A DNA stretch of 63,983 nucleotides, filler included, from Hyphochytrium catenoides (taxonomy: Eukaryota; Protista; Hyphochytriomycota): the NCBI GenBank assembly GCA_900088475.1. It is 6 parts of 6 records of this genome, joined end to end, with 100 filler letters (N's around TTAATTAATTAA, not from the genome) between each part and the next. Parts side by side here need not be neighbours in the genome. Positions count along the whole stretch, not along the records: positions 1 to 28,835 come from FLMG01001936.1; 5 more parts are not named here. One strand, 5' to 3'. Below, piece after piece: positions 1-12,002 of this stretch; within the stretch, counting starts at the first letter, position 1; each line of letters begins with the position of its first letter. The notes under the pieces were generated by a model. The model did not search any database and was not told where the DNA came from. It was given only the letters and a program-made list of their open reading frames with translations. The position numbers and the translations under genes were made by a program.

Positions 1-9
1 GCCATCAGC

Positions 10-59
<50 letters not shown>

Positions 60-1593
60 TGGAACTTAGCGAAGCAATAAGTCTGAGGTCAGAGACTAAA
101 GACGACCGTTAGGTATATGGAGTTTGAGGAAGAAAGAGGACAGAGAGAGAGAGAGAGGGTGAGAAGAAAGAGAAAGAGAGAGAAACCGTTTGGAGTGGGG
201 TTGTGAGACGAGAGACAGATAGGAGAGAGAGAGCAAACGAAAGAACGATCATAGCTGTAGGAAAGTACGAGGGAGAAGTCTCATACAAACAGAGACGGAT
301 AAAGGACAGCTAACAAATGACAGACAAATGTGAGGAGGTTCGGTAGAGGAAGCAAAGAGAGCCGTTTGACACTTGTTGACGAGATGTCGAGGCAGGAGAG
401 AAACAGACAGAGAAACAGAGAGAGAAAGAAAGAGAGAGAGAGAGGGAGAGAAAGCTTACCGTCTCTGGCGTCACCACTTGCAAGTCTGGGTGCTTACAGC
501 TGGGAATAGTGGGAAGCAAGGGAGGAACTTTCTCATGGGTGACTGAGGTGCTGAAGACTGAGGGGAAGGTAGCTGCTCGAGAGAGTTTGGGAGCTAAGGC
601 AGGAGGAGGCGCCCTCCCTGCCAATCCCCTATAGTCCCTTTCTCTCTCTTCTGTCCTCACTCTTCTACTTCTTTTCCGTAGCTGGAAGGCGTTGTCCTTT
701 GGCCCACTAAGATCGCTTTCTTCCTGTTGAGAAAGAGATAAGCTTGGACCTTTCGGGAGAGCCGCAGATGAGGAAAGAGAAGGAGAGAGAGAAGACGACG
801 GCTGCAGTTCTGGCTCTTCTCTTCTTGCATTGCTCTCGTCTATCGGTATCGGCTGGACATTCTCTTTGTAAGAGGAAGACCGGGAAGGCCCCGTTCTGTC
901 TCCTTGGCTCTTTGTGAGAAGAGAACGGATGACGCCTGTCTTTCTTCGGCCGAGAGAGAGAGACTGGCTTCGAGTGAGGAGGAGATTTGGAGTGGTAAGC
1001 AACGGTCGAGGAGAGGAGATCTCAGCTCTGCTCCTTCTTCTTGAAGGAGAGGACGCTTTCTTTGCTTCCTGCCACTGATTGTCGTCAAAAACTCTCTCTC
1101 TCTCTCGAGGGAGAAAGAGAGGCGTGGACGGCTCTGCATCGAAAGTTTGCAGGAGAGAACGGCCAATTCTCTTTGTCGCTGAAAGAGGAGTTTGTCTCTC
1201 GTTTCCTTGCTTGGTAGCAGGAGTTAGAGGAGGGATCTCTCTCTCTTTCTCTCTTCCTGCTTCACATTTTTCTGTCGTGCCGGTAGGTCGATGACAGACG
1301 GTGGGCGTGCTGGTAAGAGAGAGACCTGTGGCTAGAGGAGTGAGAGATGTATGAAAGGAGAGAGTGCTCTTCGAGCCAGAGCGATTGAGCTGTTCCCCCG
1401 CGGCCTTGAGGCCTTCTCTCAGCTTTCTAGTCCTCTCGAGTAGAGCACTAGAGGGAGAGACGGTGGTCCTGGAGCTCCCAGACTGAGCTTTACAGAGGGA
1501 AGAAGCGAGAAACTCTTTAATAGTCTCCTCTTCATTGTTCTCTATTCTTTCAATTCTCTCCAGAGAAGGAGTCTCTTCTTCCAGATGGACCAT
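1..1593 (-). CDS. CDC25: Cdc25-like M-phase inducer phosphatase, N-terminal part (3' end runs off the window)
   Basis: Long S/T/P-rich N-terminus with many SP/TP sites, ending LPTIPSCKHPDLQVVTPET at GT donor 459 and spliced to exon 8..1 (LMA). This matches the motif that opens the Cdc25 rhodanese domain (LPT..GKH.DL..I.PET). The catalytic HCX5R motif is not in the window. Confidence 0.7.
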
Positions 1594-1742
1594 CTTCTCT
1601 ACCTAAAGAAGGGCATCAAGCGAAAGATTGCAATCTAAGAAATGAAGAGAACGGTCAGGAGAGACACCGAAGAAAGAGAGAGAGGAAGAGAGACAGACGG
1701 ACAGCTATGAAAGACAGAGAGAGAGAGAGAGAGAGAGAGAGC

Positions 1743-1778
1743 TTCAAACTTTCAATGGCGGGCTTCTAGAGCCATTGG
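1743..1778 (-). promoter_or_regulatory. CCAAT + GC-rich CDE-like + CHR (TTTGAA) cluster upstream of Cdc25
   Basis: Minus strand reads CCAAT (1778-1774), GCCCGCC, ATTGAA, then TTTGAA (1748-1743), about 150 nt upstream of ATG 1593. Confidence 0.4.
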
Positions 1779-2829
1779 GACAGACAGCTCGAGTGTGGCA
1801 GAGTCATTTCTGGGAGGAGGCTGGCGTCCGTCTCAAGAGCTCTGGGGCCATTAACGACTGTGCTCTCTCTCCTCTTTCAGCCTCAGTTTGTCTCTCTTTC
1901 GCCTGATGTAGGCCTAAGTCACCTATCAATCTTCCTCCCACTGCTCCTGCAGCTCCTCCGTCTTTTCTTTCTCTTTGAAGCCCGACTTCTTCTCTCCGTT
2001 TTCCTTACTTTCCCCCGCTTTTTTGAGGCGTCCAAAGCTGGCAGACCAACTGTCTTGCTCGCTGCTTTCCGCCAGACACCTGAGCCTCTCTGAGCTCTCT
2101 CTCTCTCTTTCTGTCTCTCTCTGTCTCTGTCTTCTCTCTCTCTGTCTCTCTCTCTGTCTCTCTCTATCTCTTTTCTGCTGTTTCTCTGTCTCTCATCCAC
2201 TCTCTCCTACATTCTTCTCTGCACCGACGCTGTCTCGCTCCCTCGTCTTCTCTCTCTTTCCTTCTCTCTATCTTTCAGCGTCCTCAGTCTCTCTCTCTCT
2301 CTCTCTCTCTCTCTGTCATTCACTCTCTTTTTGTCTCTCTCTTTTGTTGTCTTCCTCTGTTTTCTTTCTCTTCTTGCCCTCTACCTTCTACTCTGTCTCT
2401 TGTTTTTCTGTCTCTCTCCGTTCCTCTTCTCTCTCTGTCTATTCAGTTCTTCCTCTTCCCCAGTGGTGATGGGCGCCAGGACCAGAACGTGCATCCAAGT
2501 GCAGAAGCATCCGAAGATAAACCACATAGGAGCGTTCTGGTAAAGATAATATCAGGATATACCTAAGGATATTCCGCAACGAGCTCTACAAGGTAACAGC
2601 TAGAGCTGAAAAGTACCATTACTACTGCTGCTTCCTCACTTGTAAAGCGAGTCAGCCCTGGGCATACTAATTTTCCAAATGAAAGTGGAGAAAGATTCCA
2701 CGAGGGTGGATGGGATAGTTCCATTATGATATATAGTTTGTGGCTTACCTGATGACCCACCCACCTTTAAACTCCGCAATCCCGTCGCTGGTCGTCCGGT
2801 GCGAACGATCTCAGAGTACAAAAGAGCGT

Positions 2830-2847
2830 TTTCGCGCAGATCTTGAA
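2830..2847 (+). promoter_or_regulatory. E2F site + 4-nt spacer + CHR-like element
   Basis: TTTCGCGC-agat-CTTGAA in a microsatellite-free island. Confidence 0.35.
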
Positions 2848-3257
2848 TTTTGTAATTTGGGAGGGAGGTATTTGGGTACCCTAGATATGTCTGGATAACA
2901 CGGTTGTTATATACTTTGTACGCCCTCAAAGACCTATATTATCAATAGGGGAAATATGGCTGAAAGGAACGTTACAAGTTTTGGAGGGAAAACGGACTCA
3001 AAAGAATCAACCGTCACCAGAACTGAATATCAGTAACAATGATAATCATAGACTGTTGAAAACTAGACCTAAACCAGATAACTTTTATATCAGTAATCGT
3101 TGTTGTCCTGACTGTCTCTCTGTCTCTCTGTGACCCTTCATAACCAAGACAAGGGCTTAGCTGGTCCTTTCTCTTCCCAAAGACGGAGCCAACAACAGAG
3201 AGAGAGAGAGAGACAGGGATACAGAGAGAGAGAGAGAGAAAGAGGAAGGGAAACACG

Positions 3258-3313
<56 letters not shown>

Positions 3314-3851
3314 GGGAGAGACAGAGAGAGAAAGGGAGTGAAGTTGGACAGACAGATGACGGCGACGGCGAAAGCCCGATGACGAACAACTTTAGAAGGC
3401 AGAAAGTCGACGGAAGGGCAAGGGAGAGGAAAGGAAAGGACAATGCGTGCCCCGCCCCGGCTTTGATATTTATGGACAGCTCTTCTCTTCCACATCCGAC
3501 TCCCTCACGTGCCCCTTCTAGACGCAATCTAGACCAGGAGGAGAGAGAGGGAGACAGATAGAGAGGAGAACGAGAGAGGAGAGATAGAAAGAAAGAGCGA
3601 GAGCGAGAGCGAGAGAGAGAGAGAGAGAGAGAGACAGACTGAGCGGAGAGAGAGAGAGAAAAAGAGCTATGTCGAACGGTCAGAGTAACGAAGGAAAGGA
3701 CAGCGGATGAAGGAGAACCTTCAGAATGGAAACCTCACGGGAACCGCGGTGAAGAATAGGAAAAGACTGAGACAAGCGGAAGAGAGAGACGACAAGTCTC
3801 AAATCGCTAGCGTCGGGACAGAAGAGAAGGAAAGCAGGTCGTCTCGCAAAG

Positions 3852-4560
3852 ATGACATGGGAAAGTGCTTCTCTCCTTGTTTTCCCTCTCGTCCTAGGGA
3901 CTCTGTTGCTCTCTCTCTTGCTCCTCTTTCTTCTCCGCCGGTCATCGCCCTTCCATCTGCGAGACAGAGTAGTGTTAATCACTGGCGCAGGGTCGGGAAT
4001 AGGTAGAGAGCTGGCTCTTCAGTTGGCCAACAGAGGAGCAGTGCTGGTGCTGCTGGACCTGAGAGAGGAGCTATTGGAGAAGGTGGCCAAAGAGATCGAG
4101 AAAGAGAGAGGAGAGAGAAAGGGAGTCCATACATTTGTATGCGACGTCTCGAATGCGAGGTGAGTGAACGATACATAAGGCGAACTTCATTGACGTCTTC
4201 TCTCTTTTCCCTCCTGTTTCTACCTTTCTCTGTCTCTCTAACTCTGGCTTTCTGTGTCCCTCCGCTCTCGTTTCCTCTCTTCTCTTTCTTTCTCTCTTCT
4301 CTCTTTCTTTCTCTCTTTCCTCTTCCTGTGTGCGTGTCGCTCTCTCTTGCTCTCTCTCTCTCTCTCTCTCTCTCTCGCTCCCTCTTAACTTTCTAGACAT
4401 ATTCCTCACCTTCCGACCTGTTCTCTCTTATCTGACACCTTCCGTCTCTTCACTGTGCCGTTAGCTCCGTGAGGGAGGTTGGGGAAGAAGTGAAAAAGGC
4501 AATTTTGCCTGCTAAAGTCTCTGTGATCGTTAACAACGCCGGTAGGGTCCTCCTGCTGAT

Positions 4561-4602
<42 letters not shown>

Positions 4603-5984
4603 CTTTCGCGTCCTTGCTACTCAGGAGATGCAACCTTTAATCTCTCTTTCATAGACGAGTCCTCTACTTTTGTTGGGGACTCTCTTCTGCCCTCTGACAA
4701 CTTTCTGCCTCGTCAGCTCCTTGCAGTGTTCGTTCTCTCTCTCCCTTTCTATCTCCCCTGGTTGTATCTGTCGCTTTCTATCTTTCCTGGTCTGTCTCTC
4801 TGTCTTTCTCATTCTCCTCTCTTCTATAATTGTTCCTTTCTTATCGGTTCCTTGCGATTGGACGACAGGAATCGTCAATGGAAAGTCATTTCTCTCTCTT
4901 TCTGAGGAGGAGCTGGTGCGGATCAATGCGGTGAACTACTTGGGCCATTGCTGGGTCCTGAGATGCTTTCTACCGGACATGATCAAGGCAAATGACGGGA
5001 TGATTGTCACCATCTCCTCTATGGTGCGACCCTTCTTCATGACCTCTCTCTCCCTCTGTATGTCATTCCTCTCTCTCTTCTCTTCTCTCTCTGTCTCTCT
5101 CTTTCTCTCTCTCTGTCTCTGTCTCTGTCTGTTTGGATCTCTCCCGTTCTCTCTCACTGCTACCGAGAATGTTCTATCACTACTTGTCCTTTGTCTCTCT
5201 TCTCCTGATAGCGCTTTAATTGTCAAACAGATGGGTCTTCTGACCTCGGCTAAGCTTGTGGACTATTGTGGCGCAAAATGGGCGAACGTTGGCTTGCACC
5301 GAGCATGTACGCGACTCTCTCTCTGTCTCCTTCTCTCTCTGTCTCTCTGTCTCTCTCTGTCTCTCGCTAATCCTTCTTTGTCCTTCTAAGGTCTCTCTCT
5401 TCCTCTGGAATCTCGCCTCCGCATTTTCTTCTAGAGATATTATTCAGGTCGAATAGTGCCGTGTCATCCACTTGCTTCTTTCGTTGCTTTGGCTCATTTT
5501 CTTGAGCGGGAAGGGTCGGAGGGAGAGAAGGCAAGAAAAAGAAGAGGGAGACACAAAGAGAGCGGGAAGAAGAGAGAGAAAGAGACGAGAAAGAAACGAA
5601 CATCTAACAGTACTCATTCCTGCAGTGCGTTTAGAGCTTGCTCTGGAGGCTCCACGGGTGCAGACGTTGTTGGTTTGCCCTTACATCATCTCCACTGGGA
5701 TGTTTGAAGGAGCCATGGAAAAAGAGTTCTCTTCTCTGCTCTTTCCGCCCCTCTCTCCCTCTACCCTCGTCTCTCGCATCGTCTCGGCCATGGAAAGGAG
5801 AAAGACAGAGCTGATCGGTGGAGGTGCAGGCTTGAGAGGTCTTCTTCTCTCTCTCGCCCCTACTCTTGTCAGTCTTCTACCTTCTAAGCTCTATGACTTG
5901 GTCTGCGGTCTCAATGGTGGCGCAAGGGGAATGGATACTTTTAAAGGTCGAGGGAGAGAGTGGAATCTGAAGACCGTTGAATAG
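3852..5984 (+). CDS. Membrane-anchored short-chain dehydrogenase/reductase (SDR16C / RDH10 / 17betaHSD11-like)
   Basis: Exons 3852-4159, 4465-4541, 4869-5023, 5231-5306, 5626-5984, all GT-AG and in phase. N-terminal TM helix, TGAGSGIG, CDVS, VNNAG, catalytic YCGAK, VCPY.I.TGMF. Confidence 0.92.
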
Positions 5985-6700
5985 TGGAGAGAGCTCGGTG
6001 TCTCTCTCTCTCTCTGTTTCGATATAATTTGGATTACTAGCGTCAGAGAGATAAACATACACCAAGACAGAAAGTAGTCAAAGAGATGAAGATAGAGTGA
6101 AAATATAGAGAGAGCGGCGGGAGGGTGCACAAAGAGAGAGGAGATAGACAGATAGAGATAGATAGATAGAGAGAGAGAGAGAGTAAGTAAAAGAGGCAGA
6201 GAAAGACGTTTTCCAGAAAGACCACCAGGCAGAGAGATGACTCTTCCTCTGTCCATACCTATAGTAAAGCACACAGGATGTCTAGCAAAGACAGGCAAGC
6301 AGAGACTCCAAGAAAAGCGGACAACATGGCCCTACCTTCTGACCGTAAGCAGCCAGCTCCTAGCATAGATTAGCCTCCACCAGGAGAGAAGAGCGAAGGC
6401 AGATAGACAAATATAGAGAGAAAAGAAGAGAAGGTGTTTTCTTCCCTTGCAGGGATGATAAAGGGCAAGGGACGATAGAAATAAATAGATATATTATCAG
6501 AGAAAGACTTGCGGACGCGGGCGCTCGCCTTTGCACTCTTACTCTCCGAGATCCACACTCTTCTTGTTTGTCTCTGTCCCTCTTTTCCTCGCTCACTCTG
6601 CTTCTGTCTCTCTTCTCTGTCTCTTTCTCTCTCTCTCTCTTCTTGCTTTCTCTTCCTGTTCTCCCTTTCGTAGTCTCTCTTTCCGTCTGTCGTCTCCTGT

Positions 6701-8149
6701 CTATGGCGCGCCAGTGGTGGTCTGTGCATGGTGTGCCCTTGGCTTTAGAATGTCCGGCCAGTCAGTGCCGTAAGGCTCGAACTTGGGAATCGGATAGGAG
6801 AAAGGGCCGTGGAAGTTGAAGCGCAGGCGGGTGGTGACTCCTGGTCTCGTGTTATACATACAGACCGCGGGGATCAGGTGATAGTCTCTCTCTGTTATCG
6901 GGATGCCAACACTCTCTGCGCCGCCTCTGCCTGTCCCTCCATGGTCTCTCCCTGTTCTTTGAGCCGGGGAGAGAGACGGCGCCGCGGGAGCAGGAGAAGG
7001 AATGACCTGAACGCCATTTTTATAAAACTTCACGCAGGGAACAGCCAGGTTCTGGTCCAGCACGCAGCCGATCACGTCTCCGACGCCAAAGGTAGGGAAG
7101 CCCGTCATTGACTGCCCACAGACATGCAGCATGGCAATGCCACCACTTTCTCTCTCTCTTTCTCTCTCTCCTTCTTTCCAGCCCTCTTCTCTCCCATCAC
7201 TCTGCCATACGACGCCATAGTTCCCATGCTCATTGGCACTCAGGCCAGGAATGACTGTCCCATAGCTGCCCAGAGCGCCGATAACGCGCATAGAGCCGCG
7301 CGGACTCTCTCCTGAACCGCGCGCAGGCTGCCAGTTGAGCTTCTTTCTCGGGACATCCCATCCGATGGAGATCATTCCTCCTGCATTGTCCATAGATTCC
7401 ACGGTCACCTCGAACAGCCAACGCCCAAATTGGCCAGAAGTCCGTCCAATATTGGCCTGGGCCGTCCCGTAGACGTAGGGCTCGGATAGGATGACCGTGA
7501 GCTTCTTGTCAGCGAGAGAGACATGCTTAGAGAGAAGCTCATTGTTGATAGAGACCTTATTATAGTCCTTTCTTCTGTTGAGCTCTGCAATGAGAAGGTC
7601 TCTGAATGTCCTGAGCTCCTGAGAGAGAGAGAGAATAATGGCAGATGTAGAAGAGATAAGGGCTGTTGTTCCTGTCTTGCTAGCGGAGAGAAAGAGAGAA
7701 GAGGCTGACGGAGAAGGGCTGTCAACAGGATAGAGAAGAGAGAGAAGCTCTCTCATTTGTTCGTTGCTGAGATCTCGCAGTTGCCCGGAGAGAAGCAGCT
7801 TTCGGCTCTCAATCTCTGCGACTACGGCTGCTCTGTGAGGGAAAGGCTGTCTGTCATGAAGGAGAGAGTCCAGCTGCTGCGACGGAACTCTCTGGATGAG
7901 AGAGAGAACGGTGCTCTCTGCCAAGAGAGGAGACGAGAGTTCTTGTCTGAAGGCGTACTTTGTATAGGAAGACAGCTCGGACATGAAGGTGATGCAAGCC
8001 TGACGGAGAGAAGAGACGTCCAGGTCATCAGCGAGGAGGAGGAGGCGGAGGACAAAGTCTCCTGAGAACAGTGTCTCCACCTCGGAGATGATTCTCTCGT
8101 TCTGTTTGTCCTGTTCTGCGTGCTTTCCCTTGGTGTTCAGATCCCTTTT

Positions 8150-8181
<32 letters not shown>

Positions 8182-8207
8182 AGCGCGATAGCGAGAGCGA
8201 GAGCGAG

Positions 8208-8243
<36 letters not shown>

Positions 8244-9836
8244 CGATAGGAAGACAGAGAGAGAGAGAGAGAGGAGGCGGATAGACGAGAGACGGGTAGA
8301 CGAAGAGAGAGAGGGGGAGAGGGAGGGTTAGGATCAGGGGAGACAAAGATTTGGCGGAGAGAAGTATCTGTGGACGAGGAATGACTTGAGGATTGACTCT
8401 ACGTGAGAGTGAGACTCAACCGTGACTGAATATAATGAGAGGAAGAGAGAACATATTCGATGCGCAGGTGACAGAAAGAGAGGGCTAAGCGAGAGGGCAG
8501 AGAGAAAGAGAGGGAGAGCGCAAGAGGAAAGTAGAGAAAGAGAGAAAGCGCGAACCCACACAGCCTTCGAGAAAAGCTGTAGATGGGCTCCTAGAAGGAC
8601 AAAAATGAGAGAGAGAGAAGGGAGCAAGGGAGGAACCAAGGGGAGAGAGGGAGAGAGCAAGAACGGGGTTCTTCCTACCTGAGTAACTCTATGGCACGCA
8701 GCTCTTGGTCTACATAGAATCTCTCAATCCTCTCTCTTGCGGCTGCATATTTGGCTGCAATCTTGTTCTTCTCAAGAGAGAGAGTAATCCGGTGATTCTC
8801 TTCAATTGCCGCGATGTCATCCTTTAAACACTGAGAGAGAACACTCTCAACTCTCCTTAGGTCGTCATCTTGGTGAGTCTTTAGCTCGCCTAGGTGTCTC
8901 TCTTTCTCTGTTAGGATGCTGGCAACTAGTCCTTGCTGCACCGTCTCTTCCAGCTTTCTCCTGCTTTCTCTCTCTCTCTGAATCTGCGATCTTCTCTCTA
9001 TGATCGTGGGATCTTTGGCAAAAGAGAGAAAGCGAGAGAAGACAGGTTCATCAAAGTGGTCGAAGGTGTTGATGTTCTCGTACTGAGAGCCCTTGTCCGC
9101 GAGAGAGAGACAGCTGGACTGCCGGTGGTACGTCACTGGTGCCTCAGAAGCCTGTTCCTCTTTAACTGCTGTCTCTGTCTCTCTCTCTTTCTCCTTGTCT
9201 CTCTCCTTGTCTCCGTCTCTCTCCTTCTCGTCGTCTTTCTTCATCTCTCCCTCTAGCACTGGCTGCCGGGGCTGGAAGTCCGCGTTGTCGACGGCGTCAG
9301 AAATGACTCTGGAGATGGACGTGAGCTGGTCCAGATAGAAGGTCTTCTTATACTGCGGATCAAGGGCAGCGCGTGTTGTTAGAGAGAGAAAGACAGAGAA
9401 AGAAATTGAGAGAACGATAGAGAGAGAAAGAAGGACGGACGAAGGATCCAACATTTATAGGGAAAAGAAAGAAAGAAGAGAGAGAGAAGAAAGAGGAAGA
9501 GGAGAATAGGAAAAGAAGATTGCCAGTGAGCGAACGAAGGGTTTGGAGAGAGAGAGAAAGAAGGATTTGGAGGGAAAGAAGGAAGGGCGCATAGAAGGAG
9601 AGAGAAAGAGAGAGAATGGGGAGGGGAGTATGGAAGGGAACATAAACGGGATAGAGAGGAGGAAAGGAAGAATGGGAGCGAGGGTCGGGCTGCTCCGAAC
9701 TGGGTTAAGGATTTAAGGGGAGACAGACTCTGAGGCGAAAGAGGTGTTATGGAGAAGAAGAGAGAGAGACACACAAAGAGAGAGAGAGAGAGACACACAC
9801 AGAGAGAGAGAGAGACACACAGAGAGAGAGAGAGAG

Positions 9837-9870
<34 letters not shown>

Positions 9871-10719
9871 CAAGAAGAGAGGAAAAAGAGGCGAGAAGGG
9901 TTACCCAGCAAGGGCCAGATGAAGGCAAACTCCTCAGATCAAGGTAGATGCCATACGGCCAGATAGCCAGTTAAGAGACAGAGAAACAGAGAGAGAGAGA
10001 GGGGAAAATTGACAGGGAAAGAAAAGTGAGACGGAGAGAAAGTCACAGGCAAAGAGCAAAAGGGAGAGAGCGCGGGAGAGCTCACTGACCTCAGGAAAGT
10101 TCTTCCCCGAGACGACAATCTGCACCTTGAGTCCTGCGTCTCTTCTCTTTCCTTCTCCTATTGTCTCGCTCGAGAGAGAGAGAGGCCTTGTCCCTATCAG
10201 CTGACTGAATTCTTCCCTCAGTCCTAACCCTCCTTCTTTCTTTGTCTCTATGTCTAACACCATGAAGCGGAAGCGGTACTGAAGCTCAGGATCCTGTGTC
10301 AGCTCCTCAAGTCTTTTCTGGAGCACTGCCTGCGAGATCATCGGGGCGGCACGTCTCTCTCTCTCTCTTTCTCCTTCTCTCTCTCCATCTCCCTCTTTCT
10401 CTCCTCCTCTCTTCTGCGCTTCGGATTTGATCTCCTTCTCCAACGTCTCCCAAGATGAGCGAGGGTCAAAGCAGCGACCAAGGACAAGCCTTCGATCATC
10501 CTCGAGAGAGAAGAGAAAGAGAGACGAAACAGAAGAGACCTCATTATCTTCTGACTGTGAGTGCTGGACAGGAGTCTCTTCTTCTTCTTCTTTCTCTGGT
10601 TGGTTTTCCTTTTCTCCTTCTCGTGCGGCTTTGACCTTCTTCTCTCTCTTCTTTGGGACCACGCGGGCAGTAGTTTGCCGCTTGACGGGGCTACGGATCG
10701 TGGTGAGCTGGATGTTCAT
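6701..10719 (-). CDS. Coiled-coil + BTB/BACK-like + SPRY (B30.2) domain protein
   Basis: Exons about 10719-10090, 9932-9905, (9729-9725?), 9352-8679, 8144-6701. LLLLAD.L.V.SL...C is BTB/BACK-like. SPRY motifs GRWLFEV, ISIGW, FGVGDVIGC.LD, FYKNG, LIPAV, RFNF. Confidence 0.8.
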
Positions 10720-11466
10720 CCTTTCCTCTCTCTTTCTCTCTCTCTTTCCTCTTTCTCCCTCTCTCTCACATGCACATAGTCTTTTCTCTCTTGACGTCGA
10801 TGTGTCTTTCTATCTGAAGGCTGTGTCCCTTCCGCCTCTTGTTCTTTGAGGTCCCAGGGCTCTTGCTTAGTATCAGCTGCTTGTCTGACCCTTACTTCTT
10901 AGGTCTGTCTGTCTGTCTGTCTGTCTGCCTGTCTGTCTGTCTGTCTCTCTCCCTCTCTCTCCCTCTCCCTCTCACTCTGCCTCTCTCTTATAGGTCCCTA
11001 TGTCTCGCTCCTGCGGGTTGTGTCAAGCTCAGTCCTCTCGAACTCTATGAAGCGACGAGAGCGGAAGGAGAAGAGACGCGGGTGCATCTCGTCCAGTGAG
11101 TTTTCTTCCTCTCTCCGCTTTCTCTCCTTTCATGGTCGCTCTCTCTTGTCTGTCTGTCTTTCCGTCTCTCTCTTCATTGACCCTGTTTCTACTCTGGTAT
11201 GCATTCCATTTTGCGCTTACCCCCATTACCTTTTACTCTCTCTCTCTCTTTCTTTCTCTCTCTCTCTNNNNNNNNNNNNNNNNNNNNNNNNCTCTCTCTC
11301 TCTCTCTCTCGTTCTCTCTCTCGTTCTCTCTCTCCTCCCCACGGATGAAGCGCTTTGTAGGAGTAACGACCCTTACCCGAAACTAGCAACCGAAAGTTGA
11401 GCGATCGTGTCTTGTGAGAGTCTACGGTTAGCGGCTACATATGCTCCTTCTGTTCCGTTCTTTCTG

Positions 11467-11506
<40 letters not shown>

Positions 11507-12002
11507 TTTCCCTCTCTCTCTCTCCCTCTCCCTTTCTCTGCCTCTCTCTCTCTCTTTCTCTCTCTCTCCCTTATTCTCTCTCTCTCTCTCTACCCCGCCC
11601 TCTCACTCTCTGGTTCTCTCTCTCCTCTCTCTCTGTTGGACCTCCTTATCTTTCTCTCTCTTCCTCATCCTCTTCCCTGTCAACGCGCGATCAAATGTGT
11701 GCAGCGTGGAGGAAGCTCAGTGTCAGCTGAATGATAGAGCTTTAATAAAAAAGAATCGGGAAGATCACCGTCCAAGGGCAGAAGTCCTCGAAAAGAAGCA
11801 GGGTTACACTCTCTTCTCTCTTTCTCTCTCTCTCTCTTGCAGGGATTCTTTGCTCGCTGCCCCGGTCCTCTTCTTCTAGGCAATTGCTTCGCCTGTCCTC
11901 TCTCTCTTTCGTTCTCTCCCTTGGACATTCTTCACTCTCTCTCTCTCTTTCGAGGAATCCTCTCTCAGCCCAATTCTGAGAGACGCTAGAGCGCGCGGTA
12001 TA

